Positions 29,764 to 41,366 of a stretch of DNA of 54,973 bases are shown in pieces; position 1 is the stretch's first letter; the number at the start of each line of letters is the position of its first letter. The notes under the pieces are model-generated. The model searched no databases. It was not told where the DNA came from and saw nothing but the letters and a program-made list of their open reading frames with translations. Both the position numbers and the translations under genes were made by a program. The stretch is from Armatimonadota bacterium (GTDB lineage: Bacteria > Armatimonadota > Armatimonadia > Armatimonadales > Armatimonadaceae). Location: assembly GCA_043754515.1 (NCBI GenBank), contig JAYUUO010000039.1:1-54973 (forward strand), read 5' to 3'.

Positions 29764-30500
29764 TTCATACCCTTCCTTGCTGAATCAGCGGTACCTTCCG
29801 AGAGGTGGTAGGAGAGCACCGCGAGTTCTTGTAAAAAGGAGACGTTGCGCACGATCACGTGACGGGGCACGCGAAGAAGAACCGGAGCGAAGTTCAGGAT
29901 CGCGCTCACCCCTTGCGCGATGGCGACGTCCGCGACGCTCTGCGCGGCGAGCGGCGGCACTGCCAGAATTGCCATCCGCGCCCCGATGTCGCGGTTGACT
30001 TCGCCCAGCCGGTCGAAGTCGAACACCTCCATGCCGCTACCGATTCGCCGCCCGATTTTCGCCGGTGATTTGTCGAATGCGGCGACGATGTGAAACTTGT
30101 GCTCTTCTAGTCCGGGATAGCCGACCAGCGCAGCCCCCAGGTTCCCGGCACCGATTAGCAGTATCGGTTGCAACTCGTGGATTTTGAGGATGCGCGATAT
30201 CCGGATCTCTAACTCCTCGACGCTGTAGCCGACGCCGGGCTTGCCGAAGTCCCCGAAGTGGGAAAGGTCTTTACGGAACTGCGCGGCGTTGATGCCCGTG
30301 CTCCGCTCGATCTCCGCCGAAGATACAGTCTCCGTACCGGCGATCCGCATTTCGACGAGCGAGCGCAGATACGTCGTGAGTCGCTCCACGGACGGGAGGG
30401 GGGGCAACCGGTCGCCCGCGCTGTCCGCGTGGAGGGAGAGGGTGGACGAAGTCTCACGCGAAGGCACGGGTCTACCCGCGTTTCCCAATGGTTCCGGCAT
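29760..30500 (-). CDS. rex: redox-sensing transcriptional repressor Rex
   Basis: RL..YLR, QFRKDLSHFG.FGKPGVGY, GAGNLG, ILNFAP. Start uncertain. Confidence 0.93.
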   Translation of the reverse strand: MPEPLGNAGRPVPSRETSSTLSLHADSAGDRLPPLPSVERLTTYLRSLVEMRIAGTETVSSAEIERSTGINAAQFRKDLSHFGDFGKPGVGYSVEELEIRISRILKIHELQPILLIGAGNLGAALVGYPGLEEHKFHIVAAFDKSPAKIGRRIGSGMEVFDFDRLGEVNRDIGARMAILAVPPLAAQSVADVAIAQGVSAILNFAPVLLRVPRHVIVRNVSFLQELAVLSYHLSEGTADSARKGMK

Positions 30501-30552
30501 TCTTAGATTCCGGCTTAGATTATATCGCACGTTCCGGCTGTTCCGCGCCCGC

Positions 30553-31125
30553 TCACGCGCCTCCGGGGCGGGTCCAGGGAACATCGCCGACACCGACACG
30601 ATGGTTCGCGACGCGGGCGAGCACGAATACTAGGTCAGCTAGCCGGTTCAGGTAGGGCAACACCGCGTCATTAGTGCCCTCCGGATCGTCGCGGAGGAGG
30701 GTCACGGTTCTGCGTTCGGCCCGGCGCAGGATCGTCCGGGCTAAGTGCAGGTGGGCGGATCCGGGATCCCCGCCCGGCAGTATGAAACTCCGGAGCGGGG
30801 CAAGTTCGGCCTCGTAGGAGTCAATTACGAGTTCCAGCGCGGTCGCGTGCTCTTCGCCGATCCGCGGTACAATCGCCTTGCCCGCCGATTCGTCGCGCGC
30901 GAGCGGCGTCGCGAGGTCGGCACCGACCACGAACAATTCGCTTTGTAAACGTGCAACTAACACACGTAGATCGTTGTCGGTAAGGTGGGCCGAGGCGACG
31001 CCGAGCGCGGCGTTTGCCTCGTCCACGGCTCCGTAGGATTCGACGCGAACGTCATCTTTACTGACCCGTTGCCCGCCATAAAGTCCCGTGTCACCGGCGT
31101 CGCCGGTTCGTGTGTAGATTTTCAT
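30553..31125 (-). CDS. PduO-type ATP:cob(I)alamin adenosyltransferase
   Basis: MKIYTRTGDAG.T, YG.VDE.N, FILPGG, RRAER, YLNRL.D. Confidence 0.92.
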   Translation of the reverse strand: MKIYTRTGDAGDTGLYGGQRVSKDDVRVESYGAVDEANAALGVASAHLTDNDLRVLVARLQSELFVVGADLATPLARDESAGKAIVPRIGEEHATALELVIDSYEAELAPLRSFILPGGDPGSAHLHLARTILRRAERRTVTLLRDDPEGTNDAVLPYLNRLADLVFVLARVANHRVGVGDVPWTRPGGA

Positions 31126-31228
31126 AAAGTTTTCAGTTTTGTCCGCTTGAATATGAGTATACCGAACAATCAGCAATCGCACCGTGGGCCACGAGATTCC
31201 CCCGGTACTGCGGGAGGAATCAGTCTTC

Positions 31229-32878
31229 GTGACCGTTAAAAAGTCGTTCCGGCGGGGCGAGCCGTCGCTTGCCGCCACATCCGTTTTTGTCGGGGCAATC
31301 TGTCTCACGTCCGCCGCCACTCGGGCACAAGACGTACCCGCCGCGCCCCCAAAAGAGTCGGCCCAAAAGGGCATCGACTTTCCCAAGAACGAACAGAAGG
31401 CACCGAGACCTACCGACCAGGTCGCCCCGCCTACACCCGGCAAAAACGAGGTCGCTTCTCTGCCCCAGCCGCTCACTCTCGAAGCCGCTATCGGGTTCGC
31501 GCTCCGCTTGCAACCCACTATCGCGCAGGCGCAAGCGAACCGCGAAGCCAGTCAGGAGAGGCTCAAGGCGCAACAGTCCGGTTACTACCCGCGCCTACAG
31601 CCTGTCTATACTTATCAGAATCGCTTTACAGACGGTCAAACGACACAGTTCGTGGGCGGCGTGCCCGTTGTCATCAACGCCGGACGGACGACGGACACGA
31701 AACAAATTGACGCTAATGCTTCGTTTACCGTGTTCGACTCCTTCAGTCGCGAACTCAATAATAAGCAGGCGCGGCAGTCTCTGCGCGGCCAGCGATTCTC
31801 TGAGGAGGACACCCGGCAACGCGTGATCGCGGACGTAGCGAGCAACTACTTCACGTCGCTACGGACCGCAGCACTCGTCAAAGTCTCCGAGCAGCAAGTG
31901 GCCCGCGCGCGGAACACGCTGGCGGTGGTGCAGGCGCAGGTAGAGGCGAAGGTGGCCGCCCGCAAGGACATCTATCAGGCGCGGGCGGACCTGCTGAACG
32001 CGCAGGTCGCCTTGTTGCAGGCGCAGAACAACGCGGCGGTGTCGCAGGCACAATTAAAGCAGAGCATCGGGATCGTCGGCGGGCAGCCGCTAACGATAGC
32101 GGATGTCCCCGCGCCCACCGAGAATACCCCGATCACCGCGCTGAACGCGCCCGCCGCTCCCGCCCTGACGGACACGCAGACGATTGACGCCCTGGCCGGA
32201 ACCGCCTACCGCTCGCGCCCGGACATCGCCCGCTCCCAACAGGATGTCGAAGTCAGCCAGACCGCCGTCGGGATCTCACGCATAAATAACGGGTTGCAGG
32301 CAAACCTCTCTTTAAGTGAAGGGTATCAAATACTGCCGACCGGGGCCACGGACTTCCAGAACACGCAGAACCGGCTGGTCAACTTAACCGTCTCCTACCC
32401 GCTTTTCGACGGCTTCTTGACGCGCTCGCAGGTACGACAGTCCCAGGCGAACGCGCGTAACTCCGAGTCAATCCTGACACAACTGCGGCAGTCAGTCGCG
32501 GTCGAGGTAGAACAGGGCTGGCGCACCCTCACCCAGTCGCGCGCCGCGATCCCCGCCGCCGAGTCCGCGCAACAAGCCGCCCAGATTAACTATGACGCCG
32601 CCGTCGAATCACGGCGCGAGGGTGTTGGGAGCATCGTGGAAGTGATCCAGGCGCAGACCACGCTCGTACAGGCCCAAACAAACCTCGTCCAGGCGATCTA
32701 TGACTTTTACTCGGCTGACGCCCGCCTTGCCCGTGCCGTCGGGTACGCGAGTCGGATCAGCGGGATCGCGCGCGCCGCGTCGGCGACCGCACCGGTAGGC
32801 ACACCCGCCGCAGGACAAACGATCACGCCCGCCTCGCCGCCCGGCGGACAGACGGCTCCGCCGGATAGAGTACCCTAA
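31229..32878 (+). CDS. TolC family outer-membrane efflux protein
   Basis: Signal peptide, LTLEAAI..AL, YYP, RPD, SYPLFDG, two coiled-coil repeats. GGAGG RBS. Confidence 0.88.
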   Translation: MTVKKSFRRGEPSLAATSVFVGAICLTSAATRAQDVPAAPPKESAQKGIDFPKNEQKAPRPTDQVAPPTPGKNEVASLPQPLTLEAAIGFALRLQPTIAQAQANREASQERLKAQQSGYYPRLQPVYTYQNRFTDGQTTQFVGGVPVVINAGRTTDTKQIDANASFTVFDSFSRELNNKQARQSLRGQRFSEEDTRQRVIADVASNYFTSLRTAALVKVSEQQVARARNTLAVVQAQVEAKVAARKDIYQARADLLNAQVALLQAQNNAAVSQAQLKQSIGIVGGQPLTIADVPAPTENTPITALNAPAAPALTDTQTIDALAGTAYRSRPDIARSQQDVEVSQTAVGISRINNGLQANLSLSEGYQILPTGATDFQNTQNRLVNLTVSYPLFDGFLTRSQVRQSQANARNSESILTQLRQSVAVEVEQGWRTLTQSRAAIPAAESAQQAAQINYDAAVESRREGVGSIVEVIQAQTTLVQAQTNLVQAIYDFYSADARLARAVGYASRISGIARAASATAPVGTPAAGQTITPASPPGGQTAPPDRVP

Positions 32879-32981
32879 CGGAGGCGAAAAGCAGGAAAAC
32901 CGTGGCGCGCGGATGAACTGTTGCGCGGCGGGGTCAGATATGTGCTTCGTCGTGGATTTTTCTCGAAAGGTTTTACCTCCC

Positions 32982-34784
32982 ATGATAGTCAACGCGCCGA
33001 CTAACCGCCTCCGAACCCCTTTGCCGAAAATCGGCATTCGCCCTACTATTGATGGCCGCTACGGGGGCGTTCGCGAATCGCTGGAAGAACAGACGATGAA
33101 TATGGCGAAAGCAACCGCCGCGCTGATCACTGATGGTATACGGCACGCGTGCGGCTTGCCAGTCGAGGTCATTATCGCGCCGTCGTGCATCGGTGGAGCC
33201 GCCGAAGCCGCCGATTGCGCCGCGCTGTTCGCCCGCGAGAATGTCGGAGTCGTGCTGACCGTCACGCCCTGCTGGTGCTACGGTTCGGAGACGATGGTGC
33301 TGGACAACCGCGTCCCGACCGCGATCTGGGGGTTCAACGGCACGGAACGGCCCGGTGCCGTCTATCTCGCCGCCGTTCTGTCCGCGCATAGTGCGAAGGG
33401 CGTGCCTGCGTTTGGCATCTATGGGCGCGAAGTTCAGGACTCGGACGACACGAGCATCCCGGATGACGTGCGGGAAAAGATCCTGCGATTCGCCCGAGCG
33501 GGTCTCGCCGTCGCCAGTCTGCGCGGCACGTCCTATGTGGCGATGGGCGGCGTCTCCATGGGGATAGCGGGTTCCATAGTGGATCAGCCGTTCTTCGAGG
33601 AGTATCTCGGGATGCGCGTCGAGTCGGTGGATATGACCGAGTTTGTGCGCCGCATTGACCGGCAGATCTACGACCACGCCGAGTACGACCGCGCTCTCGC
33701 CTGGGTTCAGGCGAATTGCCCGGAGGGTGCTGATACCAACCCCGCCGAGAAGCAACGCTCCCGCGAGCGCAAGAACGAAGAGTGGGCCATCTCAGTCAAG
33801 ACGGCTCTGATCGCCCGTGACCTCCTGATCGGCAATCCGAAACTCGCCGGGATGGGTTTTGTGGAGGAGTCGCGCGGTCATAACGGGATTGCAGGCGGGT
33901 TCCAGGGGCAACGTAACTGGACCGATCACTTCCCGAACGGCGACTTCCTGGAGGCGATTCTGAACACGTCCTTCGACTGGGACGGGATCCGCCAGCCCTA
34001 CATCGTGGCGACCGAGAACGATGCTATGAATGGAGCTTCAATGGTGCTCGGGCATCTGCTCACGGGCGGGACCGCGCAACTTTTCGCCGACGTGCGTACG
34101 TATTGGTCCGCAGACGCTGTAAAGCGCGTTTCGGGTTACGCTCTCGAAGGCGCGGCGGCGGGCGGATTGCTTCATCTGATCAACTCCGGCCCCGCCGCAC
34201 TGGATTGGACGGGCGAAATGACCGACTCGGAAGGCAAGCCGACTCTGAAGCCATTCTCACAGATCACGTCCGAAGAGGCGGAAGCCTGTTTGAAGGCGAC
34301 GAAGTGGGGCGCGTCGGTCACGGAGTACTTCCCCGGCGGAGGGTGGTCTACCGACTTCACCACGAAGGGCGGCATCCCCTGCACCATGTTCCGCCTCAAT
34401 CTGGTCAAGGGGCTCGGGCCGGTCTTGCAGATCGCCGAAGGGGTGACGGTGGACCTGCCCGCACACGTCCACGACGTTCTCGATAAGCGCACCAACGAGA
34501 CGTGGCCGACGACCTGGTTCGCCCCGAACCTCTCCGGGAGCGGCGCGTTCACCGACGTTTATTCCGTGATGAACGCGTGGGGCGCGAACCACGGCGCGAT
34601 CTGCGTCGGGCATGTCGGCGCGGATCTGATCACGCTCGCCGCGATGCTCCGCATCCCGGTTGACATGCACAACGTCGCGGCAGACCAAATATTCCGCCCC
34701 TCGACATGGACGCGGTTCGGCAACGCAGACGCCGAAGCCGCCGACTACCGCGCCTGCGCGAACTTCGGCCCCCTGTACCGGTAA
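32982..34784 (+). CDS. fucI: L-fucose isomerase
   Basis: [40 protein letters not shown]. Confidence 0.95.
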   Translation: MIVNAPTNRLRTPLPKIGIRPTIDGRYGGVRESLEEQTMNMAKATAALITDGIRHACGLPVEVIIAPSCIGGAAEAADCAALFARENVGVVLTVTPCWCYGSETMVLDNRVPTAIWGFNGTERPGAVYLAAVLSAHSAKGVPAFGIYGREVQDSDDTSIPDDVREKILRFARAGLAVASLRGTSYVAMGGVSMGIAGSIVDQPFFEEYLGMRVESVDMTEFVRRIDRQIYDHAEYDRALAWVQANCPEGADTNPAEKQRSRERKNEEWAISVKTALIARDLLIGNPKLAGMGFVEESRGHNGIAGGFQGQRNWTDHFPNGDFLEAILNTSFDWDGIRQPYIVATENDAMNGASMVLGHLLTGGTAQLFADVRTYWSADAVKRVSGYALEGAAAGGLLHLINSGPAALDWTGEMTDSEGKPTLKPFSQITSEEAEACLKATKWGASVTEYFPGGGWSTDFTTKGGIPCTMFRLNLVKGLGPVLQIAEGVTVDLPAHVHDVLDKRTNETWPTTWFAPNLSGSGAFTDVYSVMNAWGANHGAICVGHVGADLITLAAMLRIPVDMHNVAADQIFRPSTWTRFGNADAEAADYRACANFGPLYR

Positions 34785-34882
34785 TTTGCACGGGGCGGGG
34801 GTGCGGTAGCTTCCCCCGCCCCAGACCTCGAGAAGTAGGTCATCGCGCCAACCGAATCCGGCCCCACGCGGCCTTATACGTC

Positions 34883-35866
34883 GTGAACACAGATTTTCGT
34901 CTGGCGGTGAAAGCGACAACAGGTGACTCGGACGCACTCGGCAGAATCGTCGAACGACACCGCGCCGACTGGTACCAGATCGCTTACCGCGAACTGGCTT
35001 CGTACGAAGATGCGCGGGACGCCGTTGCCGAGTCGGTAGTGCGCGTCTGCCGATTCATACACCGCCTCGGAAGCCCCGAGCAGTTCGTCCCGTGGGCCCG
35101 AGCCATCGTCCGCAACGAGTCGCGGCGCATCCGAAATCGCCGCCGTCATAATGACGTCCTTGATACCGATGCCTTCCAAACCCGCCCCAGAGTCGAACGA
35201 GTGGATGAACTCCGTGTCAGCGTCCGCTCGGCGATCACCAGTCTATCACCCGATCAGGCGCGGGCAGTGCAACTATATTATCTCGAGGGGGCGTCCGTAA
35301 AGGAGATTGCTACTTCCCTCAATCGCCCAGAGGGCACCATCAAATGGATACTCGCGCGGGGTCGCGCCTCGCTCGCCGAATTGCTACAGGAGTACAAACC
35401 GATGACTATCCCGGAAAACAACCGTGCCGTGTTGGTGGCACCGAATCTTGATCCGGCGTACCAAACCCAGCTCGCAGACATGCTGAAACAGGCGGGGTGG
35501 AATCCGGTGCGCACCGTGCCGGATCCCGCCGAGTTCGTGCGATTCCTCATCCAGAGGCAGGACGCGGCACCCGCACCCCTGGATCTGTTCCAACCAGGCG
35601 ACTTAGTGATGCTATCCGAGCGGATCGGGAACGTCACCGTGTGGGAGTTAATGCCGTTCCTTCTGAGCGTCCGGCAACGTGTCCCACTCAAAGTGCTATT
35701 GCTTGTCGAGTCGGGGCGTGAGGAAAAGGAGATGAACGCAACGGCGATGTCCGGCTACTTATCAGGCATTGACTTTCTGCTTGTGCGTCCTGAGTCGCTA
35801 GCCGAACTCAGCGACTTTGTGATGCACGTTCGGGCAAGGCTCGAGTCCGAGGGTGGCGGAATCTGA
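34883..35866 (+). CDS. ECF sigma factor with C-terminal receiver-like extension
   Basis: Region 2 (EDARDAVAE, FVPW) and region 4 (LYYLEGASVKEIA.SLNRPEGTIK), plus about 150 extra residues. Confidence 0.8.
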   Translation: MNTDFRLAVKATTGDSDALGRIVERHRADWYQIAYRELASYEDARDAVAESVVRVCRFIHRLGSPEQFVPWARAIVRNESRRIRNRRRHNDVLDTDAFQTRPRVERVDELRVSVRSAITSLSPDQARAVQLYYLEGASVKEIATSLNRPEGTIKWILARGRASLAELLQEYKPMTIPENNRAVLVAPNLDPAYQTQLADMLKQAGWNPVRTVPDPAEFVRFLIQRQDAAPAPLDLFQPGDLVMLSERIGNVTVWELMPFLLSVRQRVPLKVLLLVESGREEKEMNATAMSGYLSGIDFLLVRPESLAELSDFVMHVRARLESEGGGI

Positions 35867-36008
35867 GCTCCGCCATCCTCCGTGATAGAGCGTGGGCGCG
35901 GATCGAACGCGCGTCTTCGGCTTATGAGACCGACGGGGTGACCACTCCCCCACCTCGCTGGATTCATTATCGCGTGTCACTCCTGGCTTGACAAGGGTGT
36001 AACGCGGT

Positions 36009-36287
36009 TCAGTGCGGGGATGCCCGCACCGCTTCGCACAAGCCGCGCAGTTCGGGGTCGAGCGCGACGCGAACGGCGTATTCGTAGGTCACGGGGCGAC
36101 CGAAGTACGCCGTCGCCGTTTTGCGGAGCGCAGTACGCCAGCGTTCCGCCGTCCGCGCGCTGACGCCGAGGCAGCGGCACGCGTCCTCGTACGAGTAGCC
36201 CGCCGCGACATATAGCGCGAAGCGGTAATGCGGGGAGCGGCGCGAAATGCGCGGGGGCGGGTCGGCGGGCGGCGGGTCGCCGAACAA
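36009..36287 (-). CDS. small HTH-containing protein
   Basis: AGYSYEDACRCLGVSARTAERW resembles a helix-turn-helix. Confidence 0.5.
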   Translation of the reverse strand: MFGDPPPADPPPRISRRSPHYRFALYVAAGYSYEDACRCLGVSARTAERWRTALRKTATAYFGRPVTYEYAVRVALDPELRGLCEAVRASPH

Positions 36288-36349
36288 GGGAACAGTCGCT
36301 AGAAGCGCATGGAACGGGTTAGTGTATTCAAGGAAAGTGGAGCCTCCGT

Positions 36350-36382
36350 CGGGTTACGATACGGCCATTGTATCGTAACCCG
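36350..36382. terminator. 13-bp hairpin downstream of xylA
   Basis: CGGGTTACGATAC-ggccatt-GTATCGTAACCCG perfect inverted repeat with no clear U-tract. Confidence 0.55.
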
Positions 36383-36401
36383 GCGTACCGGTCGGATGCC
36401 G

Positions 36402-37571
36402 TCAGGCGACGCCATGTAGAATCTCGAAGGTGCGCTGGTCCAACTTCTCGTAGGGGAGCGATTTCGCCGCGAGCGCGTCCACGTCGAACTGCTTCGCTTT
36501 CAGCGTTTGCGCCTTGTCCGCCGTGAAGCCGCCGTCGAAGAACGTGTCGGATTCGGGGTCACCGGATGCGTTCAAGCCCGCAAGGATCTCCTGTACCACC
36601 GGGTCCGCGTCGAACTGCTTTGCCTTCTCCTTCAGAATCAGGTACGTGCGCATACAGCCTTTGGCGAACTCGATCACGTCGGCGCGATCCGAGGTACGCA
36701 GGGCGTGCGCGTCGAAGTGGCGCATCCCCTCGAACCCGTAGTTTTCCAGGAGCCGCACGAGGAAGAACGCGTTCTTCGCGTCCTCCTGGCCGAAGCGCAA
36801 GTCCTGATCGAACCGCCCGACTTTCTGCCCGTTCAGGTCAACGTGGAAAAGTTTTCCCGCGTCCACCGCCTGCGCGACCGCGTGATAGAAGTTCAACCCG
36901 GAGATCGTTTCGTGCGCGACTTCGGGATTAACCCCGACCATCTCCGGGTGTGCGAGCGTCGCGATAAAACCGAGCATCGCGCCCGTGGTCGGCAGATAAA
37001 TATCGCCGCGCGGCTCGTTGGGCTTCGCTTCCAGCGCGAACTTGTACTCGTAGCCCTGTTCCTTCGAGTAGTCGCAGACGAAGTTTATCGCGTCGCGCAT
37101 TCGCTTCACCGCCGTCACTGCGTCCTTACCCGCGTCTACTTCCGCGCCCTCGCGTCCGCCCCAGAACACATAGACTCGCGCCCCGAGTTCGTAGCCGAGG
37201 TCCATGGAGCGTAGTACCTTCTGCATCGCAAACGCCCGAACGCGCGAGTCGTTCGACGTGAACGCGCCATCTTTAAAGACGGGGTGCCCGAACAGGTTCG
37301 TGGTCGCCATCGGCACTACGATCCCGTTGTCGGTTAGCGCCTGCTTGAACTCGGCGACAATTCGATCCTGCTCGGCGGCAGGCGTCCCGAACGGTACTAG
37401 ATCATTGTCGTGGTAGTTCACCCCGTAGGCACCTATTTTGCCTAGCTCCTGCACCATCTCCACCGGCGTGAAGCCTTTTCGGACGGGGTCTCCGAACGGA
37501 TCGCGTCCCGGATTGCCCATTGTCCAGAGTCCGAAGGTGAACTTATCGCTTTTTTGCGGTTCGTAAGCCAT
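36402..37571 (-). CDS. xylA: xylose isomerase (class I, short form)
   Basis: [44 protein letters not shown]. Confidence 0.95.
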   Translation of the reverse strand: MAYEPQKSDKFTFGLWTMGNPGRDPFGDPVRKGFTPVEMVQELGKIGAYGVNYHDNDLVPFGTPAAEQDRIVAEFKQALTDNGIVVPMATTNLFGHPVFKDGAFTSNDSRVRAFAMQKVLRSMDLGYELGARVYVFWGGREGAEVDAGKDAVTAVKRMRDAINFVCDYSKEQGYEYKFALEAKPNEPRGDIYLPTTGAMLGFIATLAHPEMVGVNPEVAHETISGLNFYHAVAQAVDAGKLFHVDLNGQKVGRFDQDLRFGQEDAKNAFFLVRLLENYGFEGMRHFDAHALRTSDRADVIEFAKGCMRTYLILKEKAKQFDADPVVQEILAGLNASGDPESDTFFDGGFTADKAQTLKAKQFDVDALAAKSLPYEKLDQRTFEILHGVA

Positions 37572-37628
37572 GGTAGTTTGTCATCCCTTGCATAAAACGT
37601 TGCGGCATCTCGTTGGCCGTGCCCGCTA

Positions 37629-37657
37629 AGTATAGCAAACTGATGGTGTCGGGTCAA
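37629..37657 (-). promoter_or_regulatory. sigma70 promoter of xylA
   Basis: TTGACC, 17 nt, TATACT with an extended TG. Confidence 0.65.
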
Positions 37658-37713
37658 CGCCGGGCAACAAGGACACAGGGATCGGCTCCTCCAGCGACGG
37701 AACAGGACGGTGT

Positions 37714-38370
37714 CTAGAGGACCATTTCCGAGGTCAATTCATCGGCCTGCTGGGGTGTTTTGCCCTCGCGGATTAACCCCTCGCGCAAAATAGCCCGGAG
37801 GCGGGCGAATGCCGCTTTCGTATCCTCCTCCGATTTCGTACCCAGCCGATCCGTCTCTTTCCGATCTCCGCGCCGGATAGGAGTGACGTATGCGGCGTTG
37901 CCGTCGCGGTACGTCAACAAAAGGTCACGAGTCGCCTGATGAATTTCGCGCATGGAGGTGGAGGTATGTGGATTTAGCGCGTCGAGGCGGGTGAGCGAAG
38001 ACTGGGCGGCGAGCGTGATTTGATTTAGTTCCTTGGCATAGACTTCGCGTCGTTCACGCTTGGTGGCGTTCTTCGGCGGTACCGGGATGGGGCGACTAGA
38101 AATATGCTTGGGTGCCGTCCCGAATCCGGTCATTATTTTGCTGTGCGCCGTTTCATAGGCGAGTACCACGGGATCGGGCGAGGCAACAGTGATGGCGGCG
38201 GGGATAGGTTTAGGCATCGAACACCCTAGAACGAGATTTAGCAAATCTAGGTTCCACCGGCGCGATAGCTCCGCGAGCAAAGGAATCCGATCCGCATCTC
38301 GCGCGAGCACACGGTCAGAGGTAGCGATTAGTTCCTGCCGTTCTTGCTCTGTGATTCGGTCTCCGGCTCC
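37714..38370 (-). pseudogene. chimeric frame: 3' fragment of an HNH-partner paralog fused to a helical lipoprotein-like gene
   Basis: The frame reads ITEQERQELIATSDRVLARDADRIPLLAELS, which aligns with LTDSERDELLRCSERVTRRDAQRLPLLLELA of 38722..39129. It then continues LVLGCS into unrelated sequence. Confidence 0.55.
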
Positions 38371-38720
38371 CGGTTCATGCGTAGTTGCTGTACAGTCACG
38401 CGCCCGACTGGAGTAATGCCCACGGCGCGAACGCCGTCATCAGACCATGCGAAATGGTCATCCCATATTTGCAGCCGCGGGTTAAACAGCGGTGTCTGAA
38501 GCTGTGTAACAGGGTCAACCGCAGAGACCACGGTCTGCTTGTAGGTGTTGCACCCGGAGCAGGAGAACGCGAGGTTGTCCATGGCGTCGGTGCCGCCCCG
38601 CGCCTCCGGCAGGATATGCTCAACCTCATAAACATTGGTCGTGTGCGTGGCGGGACTTCGGCAGTACTCGCATCGTCGCATCGCCCGCGCCTCCACCGCG
38701 CCCCGCAAGCTACGGCGCAT
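38328..38720 (-). CDS. HNH endonuclease, C-terminus probably truncated
   Basis: RCEYC, EHILP..GG...DNLAFSCSGCN.YK, LFNPR.Q.W.DHF.W. Confidence 0.85.
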   Translation of the reverse strand: MRRSLRGAVEARAMRRCEYCRSPATHTTNVYEVEHILPEARGGTDAMDNLAFSCSGCNTYKQTVVSAVDPVTQLQTPLFNPRLQIWDDHFAWSDDGVRAVGITPVGRVTVQQLRMNREPETESQSKNGRN

Positions 38721-38721
38721 A

Positions 38722-39129
38722 CTAAGCGACGTGACGGCGAAGTTGCAGATCGTTTATGAGTGTCGGCACGTCCGTTTTATGGTGACTGGCCAATTCCAGA
38801 AGAAGCGGTAGCCGTTGCGCGTCGCGCCGTGTCACACGCTCGCTACAGCGCAGAAGCTCATCCCGTTCGCTGTCGGTCAGGATCGCATCCGATCTGCGTC
38901 TCCGTAGCTCACGATAGCGTTGTCGAAACCCACCGGGGAAGCCGATTTTGATCTCCGCGATCAACTCGCCGTCTGTCCAGGACTCGAAGGAACGCGCGAC
39001 GGCGAAGTTGTTCTCGCGGATCTTGGCCGCGACCGCCTCGCGCAGGAAATCGGGCAACTCCATCCCCGCCGATTGAGCCGCCCTGTGGGCATCGGCCTCT
39101 ATCTCCCCCAGTTCGAGCATTATTGGCAT
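38722..39129 (-). CDS. small helical partner protein upstream of the HNH gene (antitoxin-like)
   Basis: N-terminal RHH-like segment, RYRELR..LT..E.DELL pattern, 1-nt spacing to the HNH gene. Confidence 0.65.
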   Translation of the reverse strand: MPIMLELGEIEADAHRAAQSAGMELPDFLREAVAAKIRENNFAVARSFESWTDGELIAEIKIGFPGGFRQRYRELRRRRSDAILTDSERDELLRCSERVTRRDAQRLPLLLELASHHKTDVPTLINDLQLRRHVA

Positions 39130-39165
39130 GGAGTGATTGTACCGCGCCCGGTGACGTGGGAACGC

Positions 39166-41136
39166 CTACCCTTCGGCGTTCTCGTACTTGTCTTTGAGGC
39201 CCGCTACTACGGTCGCGTCCGCGAGCGTTGACATGTCCCCGAGTGCCCGCCCCTCCGCTATATCGCGCAACAATCGGCGCATGATCTTGCCGGAGCGTGT
39301 TTTGGGCAGTTCCGCCGTGAACAACACGTCGTCGGGGCGGCAGATGGGGCCGAGCTTCGCCGCGACGTGTGCCTTTAACTCGCCCGCTAGCTCCGACGTC
39401 TGGCGTATCCCCTCCTTGATCGTCACGAACGCCGCGATGGCTTGCCCCTTGATCTCGTGGGTACGCCCGATCACCGCCGCCTCCGCGACCGCCGGGTGCG
39501 AGACGAGGGCGGATTCCACCTCCATCGTGGAGATGTTATGTCCCGCGACAAGCATGATGTCATCTACTCGCCCCAGGAGCCACAAGTAGCCATCCTTGTC
39601 TCGCCGCGCGCCGTCCCCAGCGAAGTACAGGTTCTTGTCACCAAACTTCGCCCAGTAGGTCTTCTTATAGCGGTCGTCGTCACCCCAGAGCGTGCGGAGC
39701 ATGGAAGGCCAGGGCGAGCGGATCACCAGAAATCCGTCGGTTCCCGCCGGTGCCGTGTCGCCGTTCTCATCCACCACGTCCACGTCGGTTCCGGGGAACG
39801 CGAACGTCGCCGAGCCGGGCTTCGTGGCGACGATGCCTGGAAGCGGCGCGACCATGTGCGCACCCGTCTCGGTCTGCCACCAGGTGTCGGCTATCGGGCA
39901 ACGCCCACCCCCGACATGCGTGTGGTACCACATCCACGCCTCGGGGTTGATCGGCTCGCCGACCGATGCCAGAAGCCGTAGCGACGACAGGTCGTGCTTC
40001 TCCAGGTGTTCCGTCCCCCACTTCATGAACGCCCGGATAGCGGTCGGAGCGGTATAAAACAGGGTCACGCCGTATTTCTCGATGATCTCCCAGAACCGGT
40101 CACGGGCGGGGAAGTCGGGTGCCCCTTCATACATGAGCACGGTCGCGCCCGCCGCGAGCGGCCCGTACACGACGTACGAGTGGCCTGTCACCCAGCCGAC
40201 ATCGGCGGTACACCAGTAGACGTCGGAATCTTTGCAGTCGAATACCGACACGAAGGTCGCGTGCGCCTGGGTCAGGTAGCCCCCAGTGGTGTGCAGGATG
40301 CCTTTAGGGTGCCCAGTCGAGCCGGAAGTATACAGTATATAGAGTGGGTCCTCCGAGTCCATTACTTCCGGCTCGACCAGTCGTGGTGCCGTCTCCATCA
40401 GGCGGTGCCACCAGTGGTCGCGCCCCTCGGTCATCGGCACGTGGCGCGGGTCGGGCAACCGGCTGTAGACGACGACGCTTTCCAGGGTCGGGCACGCGTC
40501 ATTCTCGAGTGCCGCGTCCGCTGCCGTTTTCAGATGAACCGCGCTCCCGCGCCGGTAACCCCCGTCCGCCGTCACCAGCACCTTGCTCTGAGAATCGTTG
40601 ATGCGCTCGCGTAGCGACTCCGCCGAAAACCCGCCGAATACTACTGTGTGGATCGCGCCGATGCGGGCACAGGCGAGCATCGCGATCGCGGCTTCGGGGA
40701 TCATCGGCAGGTAGATCGTCACGCGGTCCCCCTTGCCCACGCCCAGGTGTTTCAGCACGCCCGCGAAGCGGTTCGTCTCCCGCCACAGATCGTAATACGT
40801 CAGTACCCGTGTGTCGCCCGGCTCACCCTCGAAAAGAATCGCCGCTTTGTTACGCTTGTCGGTTTTGATGTGCCGATCCAGGCAGTTCGCGGCGATGTTA
40901 AGCTTGCCGCCGAGGAACCACTTGGCGTGCGGCGGGTTCCACTCGCATACGGTATGAAACGGCGCGATCCACTCCAGTTTGTTCGCCCAGCCCGCCCAGA
41001 AACCCTCGCGGTCGGCCTTCGCCGCTTCGTAGATCGCGGGATCGCTCATGTTCGCCTGCGCGGAGAACGCCGCGCTCGGCGGGAAGGTGCGCACATCGGT
41101 TAAAAGGCTCTGTGGTGCGGGTGATTCGGTCGCCAT
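39166..41136 (-). CDS. acs: acetyl-CoA synthetase
   Basis: [42 protein letters not shown]. Confidence 0.96.
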   Translation of the reverse strand: MATESPAPQSLLTDVRTFPPSAAFSAQANMSDPAIYEAAKADREGFWAGWANKLEWIAPFHTVCEWNPPHAKWFLGGKLNIAANCLDRHIKTDKRNKAAILFEGEPGDTRVLTYYDLWRETNRFAGVLKHLGVGKGDRVTIYLPMIPEAAIAMLACARIGAIHTVVFGGFSAESLRERINDSQSKVLVTADGGYRRGSAVHLKTAADAALENDACPTLESVVVYSRLPDPRHVPMTEGRDHWWHRLMETAPRLVEPEVMDSEDPLYILYTSGSTGHPKGILHTTGGYLTQAHATFVSVFDCKDSDVYWCTADVGWVTGHSYVVYGPLAAGATVLMYEGAPDFPARDRFWEIIEKYGVTLFYTAPTAIRAFMKWGTEHLEKHDLSSLRLLASVGEPINPEAWMWYHTHVGGGRCPIADTWWQTETGAHMVAPLPGIVATKPGSATFAFPGTDVDVVDENGDTAPAGTDGFLVIRSPWPSMLRTLWGDDDRYKKTYWAKFGDKNLYFAGDGARRDKDGYLWLLGRVDDIMLVAGHNISTMEVESALVSHPAVAEAAVIGRTHEIKGQAIAAFVTIKEGIRQTSELAGELKAHVAAKLGPICRPDDVLFTAELPKTRSGKIMRRLLRDIAEGRALGDMSTLADATVVAGLKDKYENAEG

Positions 41137-41178
41137 CAGTTAAATTATTTCCTTCGTCGGGACAGGGTTGATGCCGTT

Positions 41179-41207
41179 AGTATAACCAGGGGCAACGCGC
41201 GGGTCAA
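41179..41207 (-). promoter_or_regulatory. sigma70 promoter of acs
   Basis: TTGACC, 17 nt, TATACT. Confidence 0.65.
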
Positions 41208-41280
41208 GGCGCGGCGGGCGCGTATGGAAGAGACTGACGCGAATCGTAACTGACTCCTCCGCGCATACCATCCCGATTAA

Positions 41281-41333
41281 CTTTCGTTTGTTTTCGTTTG
41301 TACTTGACTTGCCGCGTTTTTCCATGCTATCCT
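41281..41333 (+). promoter_or_regulatory. sigma70 promoter of the E1 fusion gene with an upstream direct-repeat operator candidate
   Basis: CTTTCGTTTG-TTTTCGTTTG (41281-41300), then TTGACT, 18 nt, TATCCT with an extended TG. Confidence 0.6.
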
Positions 41334-41366
41334 GTACGCATTACGACGCCGCCAGAAAGTAAACCG

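Noticed and set aside
30501..31518. Long N-terminal extensions of rex and the adenosyltransferase in the ORF track (likewise metK, sodA, lexA, fucI)
   Set aside because: They overlap neighbouring genes or regulatory RNA, and family homology starts at downstream start codons.
36009..36287. HTH ORF as a transposase remnant
   Set aside because: No DDE or HUH domain, terminal inverted repeats or target duplication seen.
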